64,000 nucleotides of DNA from Haliotis rufescens (lineage: Eukaryota). The DNA lies in the NCBI RefSeq assembly GCF_023055435.1, contig NW_025964383.1, positions 47,306,001 to 47,370,000 of the forward strand. Direction: 5' to 3'. A program made the translations under genes and the position numbers. Positions 1 to 12,469 of the stretch are shown here, piece by piece; position 1 is the first letter of the stretch; each line of letters begins with the position of its first letter. The notes beneath the pieces were generated by a model. It was not told the origin of the DNA. It saw nothing but the letters and a program-made list of their open reading frames with translations, and searched no databases.

Positions 1-544
1 TCGTTCAACTGCACCTCAAAGTCAGCCGTGTGTAACGAAGCGATTAATTGCCAATTCAACTATAATCCCGATCAAACTAGAAATCTGTTTCTTCTAACAT
101 ACACCAAAGAAGTATATATCTATATGTTTAATAGGCAACATTACGACAATATGGAATATGCCTTAATTTAACATGTTTTAAAACAAAACGATCGGCACTT
201 TACATGTAGATGTTTAGGGTCAGTTCGTAAAACGCAACCAACGGTTTTAGCGTATGAACGCACCCCCCAGCACGAGCCTTGATGCTTGAGATGCACCTGC
301 TCGGGGCACATAACCAGCAAGGTTGTGCTCAGAGACTGGGGAGGTCTGACACTGACATGGGTCGTCTTATAGACGTGACTTGTGTTCATATTATGTTTAT
401 ATAACTTTGTGATAACGTTTAGTCGATGGTTAGTTCATATTGTTGTTGGGTTGATTTAAGGTTGTATAACATATTATTTTATAGCGTTGAAATGATCATG
501 AGTAAGTTGAGGTAATTATGTTGTGTAGGGTATTTCTGACATGA

Positions 545-824
545 GTGAGTGAGTGAGTTGGGTTTAACGCAGCTTTTAACAGTATTCCAGTTACATCGCG
601 GCGTTCCATCTTAATGTGGGAGGAAAGCCCGGAGTGATGCAGGTCTCAGGCGTTTACCACTTCGGTGAAACCCACGAGCACGGGTATGGTGCTGACAAAC
701 CTAGAAACATAATTGGGGCGAACCGGGATTCGAACCCACAATCATAGGCGTCTGGCGTTCCCAAGGGACGCAACTCTGCACAGCGAATCGCGAAGCCTTA
801 GACGACTGGGCCACTCGTGCCCCC
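545..824 (-). mobile_element. SINE family A (tRNA-derived head, Meta-domain-like body, (ACTC)n tail), full length
   Basis: A box TGGCCCAGTCGTCTAAGG, B box GGTTCGAATCC; TSD atttctgacatga at 532-544 and 825-837. Confidence 0.9.
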
Positions 825-1630
825 ATTTCTGACATGAAGGGTGAATCTACTGTTATGTGGAAATAGTGGAACAGAAGTGATTAAGGTAAAAACACTGAAG
901 TAGTTTATCGGTTACACAGAGATTAATAAACGAGTGTCTGTCAGATACCATTTATCTTACGAGTTGTTTTCAAACGTATCTAACGAGCGAGTTGTAATGT
1001 AAATGAATAAGGTAAAAAGACAAATTTCAAAGGGGACCTTTAAGTAAGTTTGCTTTGCATAAAATGGATGACATCACAGAAGAGGGAATTTCCCTCAGAA
1101 TTCACAACTGTGAAGTGTATGAGTATAAGTAGTGTAATTTGTAATTTATTCGAGTTCGAAGTGAGGACATGTCACTGTGGCATCCAGGGTCTAAACTCTT
1201 AAATCATAACGTTCAACACAGACATGGTTAACATTCGACTGAAATAACTTACCTACGATCAGGAGAAAAGTCCGTCATAATCTTACCTCAGGTCATCACC
1301 TTTAAGTAGCCAATCACGGACCTGGAATTCGATCTCGCACATGTTGGATACCCATCATCTGAAATGAATTTCCACCCACATCTGTCTTTGTAGTTATCTG
1401 GTGGAGACAAAGCCAGTTGAACTTCCTACCACCGGTTAGGGTGACGGGGAACCGTTCAATTCCAGGTGTCCAGTGGGAGTCGAAATTCTACGTAGCTACT
1501 CGTCAACAGGAGGGTAGAGGTCGCCACTGTCGTGCGTGATAGTTATTTTGACAACGGAATCTTGTCATGCATTGACATTGACATAACGAAGACACCGTTC
1601 AACCTTTAATGTGTGCGTGGTATTCGTCGG

Positions 1631-1803
1631 AGGGTTCGCCTCGATTGTTTCTAGGTTTGTCAGCACCATACTCGTGGGTTTCGCCGAAGTGGTAAACGTC
1701 TAAGACCTGCATTACTTCGGGCTTTCCTCCCCCATTAAGCTGACACGCCGTGTGTAACTGGAATACTGTTAAGAGTGGCGTTAAACCTAACTCCCTCACT
1801 CAC
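1631..1803 (+). mobile_element. SINE family A, 5'-truncated
   Basis: Matches the family A body and tail. Confidence 0.85.
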
Positions 1804-1834
1804 TGCAGCCATAAGGAACTGCAACTGGTACCAG

Positions 1835-2090
1835 CTGTACCAGGGATAAGAATAGGTTTTCATCAACCAATGTTTGTGAAAGGCGACTATGCTTGTCGAA
1901 AGAGGCGACTAACCTATGGGGTGGTCATGCTCGCTGACTTGGTTGATGCATGTCATCGTACCCCAATCGCGTGAATCGATGCTCATGATATGAATCACTG
2001 GATTGTCTGGTCCAGACGCCATGTATTTACAGACCGCCGCCATGTAGCTGGAATATAGCTCAGTGCGGCGTTGAACAACAAACAAACAAA
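1835..2090 (+). mobile_element. SINE-like family B (no tRNA head; LINE-5'UTR-like head), diverged copy
   Basis: Matches the family B consensus with an (AAAC)n tail. Confidence 0.85.
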
Positions 2091-2364
2091 TCAGTGATTA
2101 TTACCAGAAACTTTGTGAAGTATGTTGTGTTCAGGGTAGAGTACGTGTATGGAGAACGCGTGAACATGTGTTTGTGCGATACGTCTCTTCGGCTGACATA
2201 AATACGTATGGCGTCTCTGGCAATGATCACACACAACCGCATTTCGTATGGATCACTTTATAGTCTCTGTAATGGAATTGCATCTTTGTAATAAACTGAA
2301 CCATAGCATCAATAGAGACTGTACAGTGTACGTTTCTGTGCACTATACACATATCTGTATTATC

Positions 2365-2526
2365 CATGTGATACAGCGCGCGGTTATACAATGTCAGGCA
2401 AATGTGAGGTAGACCTGGTAGCAGGCCACTGGGGCGTTGTTCATGGCAGCCATGTGATACAGCGGTTATACAATGTCAGGCAAATGTGAGGTAGACCTGG
2501 TAACAAACCACTGGGGCGTTGCTCAT
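2365..2526. repeat. Tandem duplication (period 86 bp) of the GM2A C-terminus, stop codon and proximal 3' UTR
   Basis: catgtgatacagcg..gttatacaatgtcaggcaaatgtgaggtagacctggta..ccactggggcgttg.tcat at 2365 and 2451. Confidence 0.92.
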
Positions 2527-5500
2527 CGTCATGTTCAGTTGACCAAAGTAGTCACCAGCAGGCAGGAAGGAGATGTCCACCTCAAACTGAGTCTTGGGGA
2601 GTGTGTAGTTACCCTGGAAACAGAAAAAAAACTGTTTTGAAAATTGTTTACTCACGTCTTGCCTTCAATATTGAACTGTCAAATGCAATGGGCTCCTACT
2701 TTGAATACCAATTTAATACCCTTAATATATTCTAGAATTCTAAAGATCGAAAATGGTATCTGTTGACACCCTCACCGCTCTTCACAACCCAACCCAGAAA
2801 CGAATAAGACAATGCGGTTAGAAACCAATAAGGATGTCAGTAGAAATAATATATGATCCATGGATGACGCAATAGTGGACCAGTGGGCTAGGTTATTGCT
2901 CCCAGCTATAGTTGTTTAGAAGCGACATTGTTTGAATTGAATAAGATTTAATGCAAAGTTATCTTTTTACCAAATCTGAAACAATTTCGGTTTGCAACAG
3001 ATAAAAGACCCCTGTGAGTGTTCATTTTGTTTAATTTGCCATACTGACTTCAGAAAATGTGTGATTTCATAAGTAACATCAACATGCCAAAATGTCAATT
3101 TACGAATCAATAGCGTGTGTGTCCACCTCTGGTTGCGATGCAAGCAATACATGTTCGTCGCACAAAGTATTGTGGGATATATGTCCATATCTGCTGGAGC
3201 ATGTTTCGAAGTTCCTGGAGTGTCTGTTGAACACGTGGTTGACGTCGAGCGCGCCGATCCATCTCATCCCATATGTGCTCGATTGGTGAGAGATCAGGGG
3301 AGCGAGCCGGCCAGGGGTGACATTCGCGTTGTTTTGTTGAAGGGAATCCTGAACAAGTCGAGCAGTATGAGGCCAGGCGTTGTCATGTTGAAAGGTAATG
3401 CCTTGGCCATGACGACGTAAAAACGGTAGAACAACAGGGCCGATGATCACGTCGCGGTATCGCTGTCCAATGAGATTTCCCTCTACCACTATCAAACGGG
3501 TCCTCTGTCTTGCTGTAATCCCGACCCATACCATAACGATGCCGCCCCCGAACACGTTGTCACATTCACCTGTTGGAAGGGCCGCTGGCAGGCCACGTTG
3601 TTGTCACATTCACCTGTTGGAAGGGCCGCTGGCAGGCCACGTTGTTGTCACACTCACCTGTTGGAAGGGAGGCTGGCAGGGCACGTTGTTGTCACACTCA
3701 CCTGTTGGAAGGGAGGCTGGCAGGGCACGTTGTTGTCACACTCACCTGTTGGAAGGGAGGCTGGCAGGGCACGGTGTTGTCACACTCACCTGTTGGAAGG
3801 GAGGCTGGCAGGGCACGTTGTTGTCACACTCACCTGTTGGAAGGGGAACTGGCAGGGCACGTTGTTGTCACACTCACCTGTTGGAAGGGAGGCTGGCAGG
3901 GCACGTTGTTGTCACACTCACCTGTTGGAAGGGGAACTGGCAGGGCACGTTGTTGTCACACTCACCTGTTTGAAGGGACGCTGGCATGGCACGTTGTTGT
4001 CACACTCACCTGTTGGAAGGGGAACTGGCAGGGCACGTTGTTGTTACACTCACCTGTTGGAAGGGGAACTGGCAGGGCACGTTGTTGTCACACTCACCTT
4101 TTTGAAGGGACGCTGGCATGGCACGTTGTTGTCACACTCACCTGTTGGAAGGGAGGCTGGCAGGGCACGTTGTTGTCACACTCACCTGTTGGAAGGGACA
4201 CTGGCAGGGCACGTTGTTGTTACACTCACCTGTTGGAAGGGGAACTGGCAGGGCACGTTGTTGTCACACTCACCTGTTGGAAGGGGAACTGGCAGGGCAC
4301 GTTGTTGTCACACTCACCTGTTGGAAGGGACACTGGCATGGCACGTTGTTGTCGATGAATGGCTGAGGGCACTCCGGTATCATATCGAGGATTTCACAGA
4401 AGTCAGCATAGTCACAGGTGCCGAACTGGTCGATGCAGGGGACGGTGATCCAATTGGACAACACCCTCTTCTTGATCTGCACCGAGGTCTGCAAGTTGAA
4501 GGGGAAGCTGATTTTGATACGAGGCAGAAATAAAGGTACATTGATTACACCGGACACCAATCCGGATGTGCCTACATGCACTGACACATGCCCACAGTCA
4601 TTGACACATATTTACAGTCCTTATGACCATATTCATCAAAACTGCACAGACATCTGGGTTAACATGTCCTTGTTTGTTTTGGCATTATTCTTGCAACCTA
4701 GGAATGTATTTCAAAATAATGTTAAATAAAAAGCATGTTGAATGATTGAAACGCTATGTTTATTTTCACAGTATCAATCAATCGTGCTTCAGATTGTGTT
4801 ACAGATCGTGTTGAAGCCAGAGTCACAGATTGTGTTACAGATTGTTACAGATCGTGTTAAAGCCAGTGTGACAGATTCTTACATATTGTGTTAAAGCCAC
4901 TGTGACAGATTGTGTTACATATTGTGTCAATGCCAGTGTGATTATGATACAGATTGTTACAGATCGTGTTAAAGCTAGTGTGACAGATTGTTACTGATCG
5001 TGTTAAAGTCAGTGTTACAGATCATGTGACAGATTGTGTGACAGATTGTGTTACAGATCGTGTTAAAGCCAGTGTGAAACATTATGTGACAGATTGTGTG
5101 ACAGATTGTGTTTAAGCCTGTGTGACAGATTGTGTTACATATTGTGTTACAGATCGTGTTAAAGCCAGTGTGACATATTGTGTTACAGATTGTTACATAT
5201 TGTGTTAAATCCATTGACAGATTGTGTTACATATTGTGTTAAAGCCAGTGTGACAGATCGTGTTAAAGCCTGTGTGACAGATTGTGTTACAGATCGTGTA
5301 AAAGCCATTGGGACAGATTGTATTACAGATCGTGTTAAAGCCAGTGTGACAGATTGTGTCACATATTGTGTTTAAGCCAGTGTGACAGATTGTGTAACAT
5401 ATTGTGTTTAAGCCAGTGTGACAGGTTTGTACAGATTGTTACAGATTGTGTGAAAAGCCAGTGTGGCAGATTGTGTTACATATTGTGTTAAAACCAGTGT

Positions 5501-8122
5501 GACAGATTGTATTACATATTGTGTTAAAGCCAGTGTGACAGAATGTGTTACATACTGCGTTAAAGCCAGTGTGACAGATTGTGTTACAGATCATGTGACA
5601 GATTGTGTTAAAGCGAGTGTGACAGATTGTGTTACATATTGTGTTAAAGCCAGTGTTACAGATTGTGTAACAGATCGTGTTAAAGCCAGTGTGACAGATT
5701 TTATTACAGATTGTTACAGATCGTGTTAAAGCCAGTGTGACAGATTGTATTACAGATTGTGTTACAGATTGTGTTAAAGCCAGTGTGACAGATTGTGTTA
5801 CATATTGTGTTAAAGCCAGTGTGACATATTGTGTTACAGATTGTGTTAAAGCCAGTGTTACAGATTGTGTTACAGATCGTGTTAAAGCCAGTGTGACAGA
5901 TTGTATTACAGATTGTTACAGGTCATGTTAAAGCCAGTGTGACAGATTGTATTACAGATTGTTACAGATCGTGATAAAGCCAGTGTTACAGATTGTTAAA
6001 GATCGTGTGAAAGCCAGTGTGAGAGATTGTATTACAGATTGTTATAGATCGTGTTAAAGCCAGTGTTACAGATTGTTAAAGATCGTGATAAAGCCAGTGT
6101 TACAGATTGTGTTACAGATTGTTATAGATCGTGTTACAGCCAGTGTTACAGATTGTGTTACAGATTGTTACATATCGTGTTAAAGCCAGTGTGATAGATT
6201 GTATTACAGATTGTGTAACAGATCGTGTTAAAGCCAGTGTTACGGATTGTGTTACAGATTGTTACAGATCGTGTTAACGCCAGTGTGACAGATTGTATTA
6301 CAGATTGTTACAGATCGTGTTAAAGCCAGCGTGACAGATTGTATTACATATTGTGTTACAAATTATGTTACAGATTGTTACAGATCGTGTTAAAGCCAGT
6401 GTGACAGATTGTGTTACATATTGTGTTACAGATTATGTTACAGATTGTTACAGATCGTGTTAAAGCCAGTGTGACAGATTGTGTTACAGATATTTGTAAT
6501 CCAGACCTTCAGAGGAGTCAGAACTGCCCTGTAGAAATCCAGGGCGAAAGCCACACCTATTTCACCAGGAAGTTGAATGGGGTCAGGGGTCACTTGAAGA
6601 CTGACAAGTTTGCCGGATTCAGTGGCAGGGTTCCCACAGTTCCTGACAGTGAAGGTTGACAGTCTCGTAGCTGGTTTTATTCCCTGTGAGAAACATATTG
6701 ATACTATATTAACTATTCTAAATTCCACAATGTGTTAACTAATAACTCTATGCACGTCTAATGACACACGAACTCCGTGTCCTCGTTTCTCATTACCATG
6801 CATAATGGATCTCAACACGCCAGCCGCTGACTTGGTTGACGCACGTCATCCACGTCATCGTATCCCAACTGTATGGATCGATGCTCATGATATCAATCAC
6901 TGGATTGTCTGGTCCAGACTCGATTATTTACAGACCGCCGTCATATAGCTGGAATATTGCTGAGTGCGGCGTTAAACAACAAACAAACAAAAAACTAGAC
7001 GCCGATCCACGAACACTTTGTGAGTCCATTCTACCCATACAATACTGCATCTATGTCTGTGAGACATGTTTTATTATTTTAGATATATTCATAGAGCTTG
7101 TTTAAATGTTGTCAGAGGCATTGTCTCAAATATCACTGGGTCGAATATTAAATCCAGAAGTTCATTTTAAAAAACCCTCAGGAAATCAGACTGTGTGTCA
7201 CATTTAGCTGCACTGAAACAAAATATGGCATCATCTGAATCAATTACTCAATAAAAAGAGTACGAGAGTATATTTTGAAAAGTATGATGTCACAGATGTG
7301 TGTGTATCTACAGCGATAACAGTTGTAATGTATCGGCGACAGATCACTCCCCTATGTGCATGTATATGTTATCACCAGCAGTATCGAAAACATATTGTCC
7401 TAGAAAATTCTACATTAAACTATAAAACAATTCTAACTTGTCTGCTACAAAAATTGCATTGTTTCAAGGTGTCTTTCTTATTAAAAAAACACATTTCAAC
7501 CTCTTAGCTTTTGCAGCTGTAAAATATATCAGACAAAATTCCAAGAATAGCCCGCATTACGAGGCGGTCATTAAAGACTGATACCTTTAGGAATTACTAT
7601 TGACTGAATTTTAGGATTATCTAAGTTTCTATATAGTACTCATTGCTATACTATGAAAGAAACTGAAGACAAACGTATGCAGTGTCAACCCTACAGAGAT
7701 ACTTCACTGAAGTCAAATGATTGCTTTGATGGCGAAATGTTATCAATTTGTGATATCATGAACAATAGATGGGGCAATATCGCTTTGCCCGTAAAATGAA
7801 GCGGTATGAAGCATTTTATTACATTATTTTTGTTTCAAAGAAAGGAGTCTTGCAACAAACATAATTGTCTTATGTATATGAAACTGTTCAATACTTCATC
7901 AGTGCATGAAAAAATTGTACAATGACCATATGCATGATATAACGAACTCACGTGTTTATGGAAATACGACTTCGGCATATACCTCTCAGGTGTTCGAGGT
8001 CTCATCAAAATTCGAAAAATATCGTGAGCATCCTTCTCGTCGTCGGTGTAGGCATTGAAGGTAACGATACCGTAGGCCACTGTGATCACTGCAAGACTTG
8101 CTGCGAGGGTTAGAGTGTTCAT
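2476..8122 (-). CDS. GM2A: GM2 ganglioside activator-like protein (ML/MD-2-related lipid-recognition domain), 4 coding exons, 218 aa
   Basis: Exons (minus strand) are 8122-7952 (MNTLTLAASLAVITVAYG signal peptide...YFHKH|gtgagt), 6683-6507 (cag|GIKP...RNCG..VTPDPIQLPG..TPLK|gtctgg), 4488-4318 (cag|TSVQIKKRVLSNWITVPCIDQFGTCDYADFCEILD..ECP..VPCQCPFQQ|gtgagt) and 2613-2476 (cag|GNYTLP...LPAGDY...VVCYQVYLTFA*). All introns are GT-AG and phase 0. The 8 Cys and the W..VPC...G.C.Y...C, PC.CPF..G.Y.LP and G.Y motifs match GM2A. Confidence 0.92.
2995..3555 (-). mobile_element. Tc1/mariner transposase C-terminal fragment in GM2A intron 3
   Basis: GGGIVMVWVGI...GNL.GQRYRD.I..PVVLPF.....FQHDNA.PH is the Tc1 DDE region; frameshifted and 5'-truncated at the minisatellite. 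Confidence 0.88.
3553..4352. repeat. 44-bp minisatellite, 18 copies, derived from the GM2A exon 3 end plus its splice donor
   Basis: Unit gttgttgtcacactcacctgttggaagggRRRctggcagggcac; the cacc core recurs from 3567 to 4315 (17 x 44 bp). Confidence 0.97.
4790..6495. repeat. Complex ~1.7-kb satellite built from 10-12-bp subunits
   Basis: Shuffled acagattgtgtt / acagattgtt / acagatcgtgtt / aaagccagtgtg modules filling most of GM2A intron 2. Confidence 0.95.
6818..6990 (+). mobile_element. Family B, 5'-truncated, in GM2A intron 1
   Basis: Matches the 3' two-thirds of family B. Confidence 0.85.
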
Positions 8123-8499
8123 GATGAGCAGCTGCAACCAGCTCCTCCTCTGTGCCTGGTCCAGACGAAGTGATGACAGTTGTCTCCTCCAGCTACCTTT
8201 GTACAGTTATCTGTCTGACACCAACAGATCACCGGGCAGATAATATAGAAAGTACGGAGGTACCCAGCGTGTGATAAAGCGTTGTACTGATGCACCCAGA
8301 CATGTTATAGTGAGGTTCTTGGTGATAAAGATATATCTTGATGCGTCATACGTGCAATAGTGAGGCACCTGCCAGGTTATATAGATAGTTGATACTCAGC
8401 ATATTTTTGCCTTAGTCCACACGAAGCTCATCTAATGTGAGGCAAAATGTTATATCATATACTATTGATCAAAATAAAGTCTACATTCACTCGGACTGC

Positions 8500-9860
8500 G
8501 TATAAAAAGAAAAAGAGAAAATACACACATTTCATTTGAAATGCGTTTTTGGAAGCCCCCAAAATATATAAACTTATGTCGCTGACTGGGTGAACTACAA
8601 TTGTTCCATTAGTGCATATTGACTGAGCTGATTATTAAAAGGTTCATATCTTTTGGACAGAACATTTGGTAATTGTAGTCATCTCAGTTATTGGTACATA
8701 GGAAATGTCCAAGGTGAAGGTCAGCTACATGTACCATCAATAATGCGTTTTTCCCCCGTTGGAATCGATAGCGGCCTGACATATCCTGCCACTGTCAGAG
8801 ACGAGTATGCGAATCATATCCTGAGGAATGGTAGCCTGCAACTCAAAAGCCAACTGCTGCAACGTCTAGGGTTGTGGTTGACGTCAGCGTAGCCCTCTAT
8901 CCAATTCATCCCACAGGTGCTCTATCGGGTTCAAATCCGGGGATCTAGAGGGCCAGAGGAGAACATCAACGTTGTGTAGATAGGCTCTTGTGATGCGTGC
9001 TGTAGGACGTGTGGTAGGAGAATTTCGTTGATGTATCGTTGAGCCGTAAGATTCCCCTGGATGTGGACCAAACCTGTCCTGTCATGATGAGAGATAGCCG
9101 CCCACATCATAACGCTACACCCCACCACACCTGTCCACTTCCTGTACGCAGTTTCAGGCGTAACGTTCTCTGCGACATCTGTAGGCCCGTGCTCTTTGAT
9201 CCCCTTCACGAAGGAGAAATCTTGATTCGTCGCTTAACCAGACATCACTCCATCGCAGTTGAGGCCATACCCTGTGTTGACGACAGCAGTGCAGTCGTTG
9301 TTGACGATGTTGTCGACTCAATATGACGTGTCGAACAGGACGTCTTGCTCATAGACATGCTGCTCTTAAAATGTTTCGTACGGTCTAGTCGGAGATTCTG
9401 CGCAGTCCGGGTATTTGGGATGTGGTTGTGGTGGCTGTGGTCGTCCTTTCACGTAGGTGGCGCAGTCGGATGAAGCGATCTTGGGCGAGGGTGGCTACTC
9501 TTGGTCGTCCCGACCTTGGCCGATCACATGTTGACCCATGCCGTTAAAAAGAGATTCCATAGCCGTGTGATGGTGCTGGGCGCTACATTGAAAACCCTGG
9601 CTACAGCTGATCGGGAAGCAGCCTGTGACGTTGTTTCTTTGCACTGTTAGTCTTGACATGTTGTTGAACTGTCACTGTTCGATTGACGCAGATGCCAGGC
9701 AATCACAAATCCTGCACTTTAATGCCGTTTACAGTGCTGCATGCAGCTCCATGGCCCTTTTGTTGATGCACTGGGTGGTTTTCTTTTCGAATCGTACGCC
9801 TCTACGGTTTGTGTGTCATTGTTGTGATCATCTATGATCCGGGAAATTTGTCACTGACAC
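8500..9860 (-). mobile_element. Degenerate near-full-length Tc1/mariner element
   Basis: From ATG at about 9659: AVARVFNVAPSTITRLW, DRPRSGRPRV...QDRFIR, then SVMMWAAIS...[17 protein letters not shown]; multiple stops and frameshifts. Boundaries are approximate. Confidence 0.85.
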
Positions 9861-10589
9861 TATAACACATTAAACCTCTTCATATATATCGTCTTTTCAG
9901 GACGCTGCCGTCAGCTTTAGCCCAGCTTTATCAGGATAAGCTATAAGTAATGAGCAAACTGTGGATGTGTTGGGGTCCGGGTCAACACGGAGAAGTGTTA
10001 TCGTCGTGATGGCAGTAAGTCTGATAAGCTAAAATGTAAGTTCATGATGACAGATTGGTGGATGCAAGTGCTGCAGTAAATGACGAGTTATCTGCCTTGT
10101 TCTCTGCTTGTACTGACACATCTCCATCATGCACACTGTGACAATGATGGTATGAACATACTAGCACTGACTTATGTAGTGTTGTCAATGTCCAATGTTG
10201 TTCGACGACTTCATGTGTCACTATACTGTCGGAATGGATGACAAGAGCGTGAATCTCTATATGCTTGAAATACAGGTACGCCTGCTAGAGCACTTTGAGT
10301 TTCTCCCCACGTACGACACGTTGACACCCAGGGTGTTCTTTTATGAGGACTGCCACATTACATGGAAGTGAAATATTGAAACTGTTTGCCGACACAGTAC
10401 ATTGTCCCGAAATATTGGGGGTCCTGTTTTCCAATGGTAGCCTGGGCTATATCAATAATTTGCAGGCCATGACATATGGAAAATGACCTACCCTTTATTG
10501 TACACTTTCTCACATGACACTCAGTGGTTTACAATTTGTTATCACACCACATGCACAGTGAGCACATACACAATTGATCCTTGCTGTGT

Positions 10590-11860
10590 TAGATGCTTCC
10601 TCTCCAAAGACTGTTGTGCGTCTCACACACTATCAGACACAAACAGTTTCGCACAACTGACTAATGTTGGCGTCTCACACGCTATCTGACAGAGTTTCAC
10701 ACTACTGACCGCTGTTGTGCGTCTCACATACTATCACACACAAACAGTTTCACAAAACTGACCGCTGTTGTCCGTCTCACACACTATCACATACAAACAG
10801 TTTCACACTACTGACCGCTGTTGTGCGTCTCACACACTATCAGACACAAACAGTTTCACACTACTGACCACTGTTGTGCGTCTCACACACTATCACATAC
10901 AAACAGTTTCACACAACTGACTAATGTTGCGCGTCTCACACACTATCACATACAAACAGTTTCACACTATTGACCGCTGTTGTGCGTCTCACACACTATC
11001 ACATACAAACAGTTTCACACTACTGACCGCTGTTGTGCGTCTCACATACTATCACATACAAACAGTTTCACACTACTGACCGCTGTTGTGCGTCTCACAC
11101 ACTATCACATAGAAACAGTTTCACACTACTGACCGCTGTTGTGCGTCTCACATACTATCACATACAAACAGTTTCACACTACTGACCGCTGTTGTGCGTC
11201 TCACACACTATCACATACAAACAGTTTCACACTACTGACCGCTGTTGTGCGTCTCACATACTATCACATACAAACAGTTTCACACAACTGACTAATGTTG
11301 TGCGTCTCACACACTATCACATACAAACAGTTTCACACTATTGACCGCTGTTGTGCGTCTCACATACTATCACATACAAACAGTTTCACACTACTGACCG
11401 CTGTTGTGCGTCTCACATACTATCACATACAAACAGTTTCACACTACTGACCGCTGTTGTGCGTCTCACACACTATCACATACAAACAGTTTCACACTAC
11501 TGACCGCTGTTGTGCGTCTCACACACTATCACATAGAAACAGTTTCACACTACTGACCGCTGTTGTGCGTCTCACATACTATCATATACAAACAGTTTCA
11601 CACTACTGACCGCTGTTGTGCGTCTCACACACTATCACATACAAACAGTTTCACACTACTGACCGCTGTTGTGCGTCTCACATACTATCACATACAAACA
11701 GTTTCACACAACTGACTAATGTTGTGCGTCTCACACACTATCACATACAAACAGTTTCACACTACTAACCGCTGTTGTGCGTCTCACATACTATCACATA
11801 CAAACAGTTTCACACTACTGACCACTGTTGTGTGTCTCAAACATTAACACACGCAAACAG
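10590..11860. repeat. 53-bp minisatellite, about 24 copies
   Basis: Unit cacactatcacatacaaacagtttcacactactgaccgctgttgtgcgtctca. Confidence 0.97.
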
Positions 11861-12193
11861 TACCTTATTCACGCCACAGTTTTAAATGTAGTATCTTTGT
11901 TTTTTTACATGTAAAAAGAAAGGTCGTCGTAAATCAAACATGGTACTCATCGTGGCGAAACATGTGCCCTCTTCAAAGCAGAGAGATGGTACTCCGAACA
12001 TAGAAGTGACATCACACAATCGAGACATAGTGGAAAGAAACGAGGCTGCCCACGAGAACTATGGCCATTAAACGTAATGCTGGAGACAACATTGTTACAA
12101 CAAATATTAAAGCTATCCAGTCCACAAACATATCAACAGTTGCTAAACGGGACATACATGGATGTTATGATGACTCATCCATTTTCAATGATT

Positions 12194-12459
12194 TGGTTGG
12201 TTGGTTTGTTGTTTTTACGCCGCACTCAGCAATATTTCAGCTATATGACGGCGGTCTGTAAATAATCGAGTCTGGACCAGACAATCCAGTGATTAATGTC
12301 ATGAGCATCGATCCACGCAATTGGTATCGATGACATGCATCAACCAGGTCAGCGAGCCTGACCACCCGATCCCGTAAGTCGTCTTTTACGACAAGCATAG
12401 TCCCCTTTACGGCAAGCATGGGTTGCTGAAGACCTATTCTACCCCGGAATCTTCACGAG
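12194..12459 (-). mobile_element. Family B, full length
   Basis: TSD tttcaatgatt. Confidence 0.9.
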
Positions 12460-12469
12460 TTTCAATGAT

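Noticed and set aside
3443-4533. Long plus-strand ORFs (176-311 aa) in all three frames
   Set aside because: They are artefacts of a stop-free 44-bp repeat and lie antisense to GM2A exon 3.
4975-6659. Cys/Thr/Val-rich ORFs
   Set aside because: They are translations of the intronic satellite.
8375-8385. TATATAA on the minus strand about 255 bp upstream of the GM2A ATG
   Set aside because: No TSS evidence, and such motifs are common in AT-rich DNA.
10590-11860. CRISPR-like appearance of the tandem arrays (also 3553-4352 and 17845-19540)
   Set aside because: No unique spacers and no cas genes; these are plain eukaryotic minisatellites.
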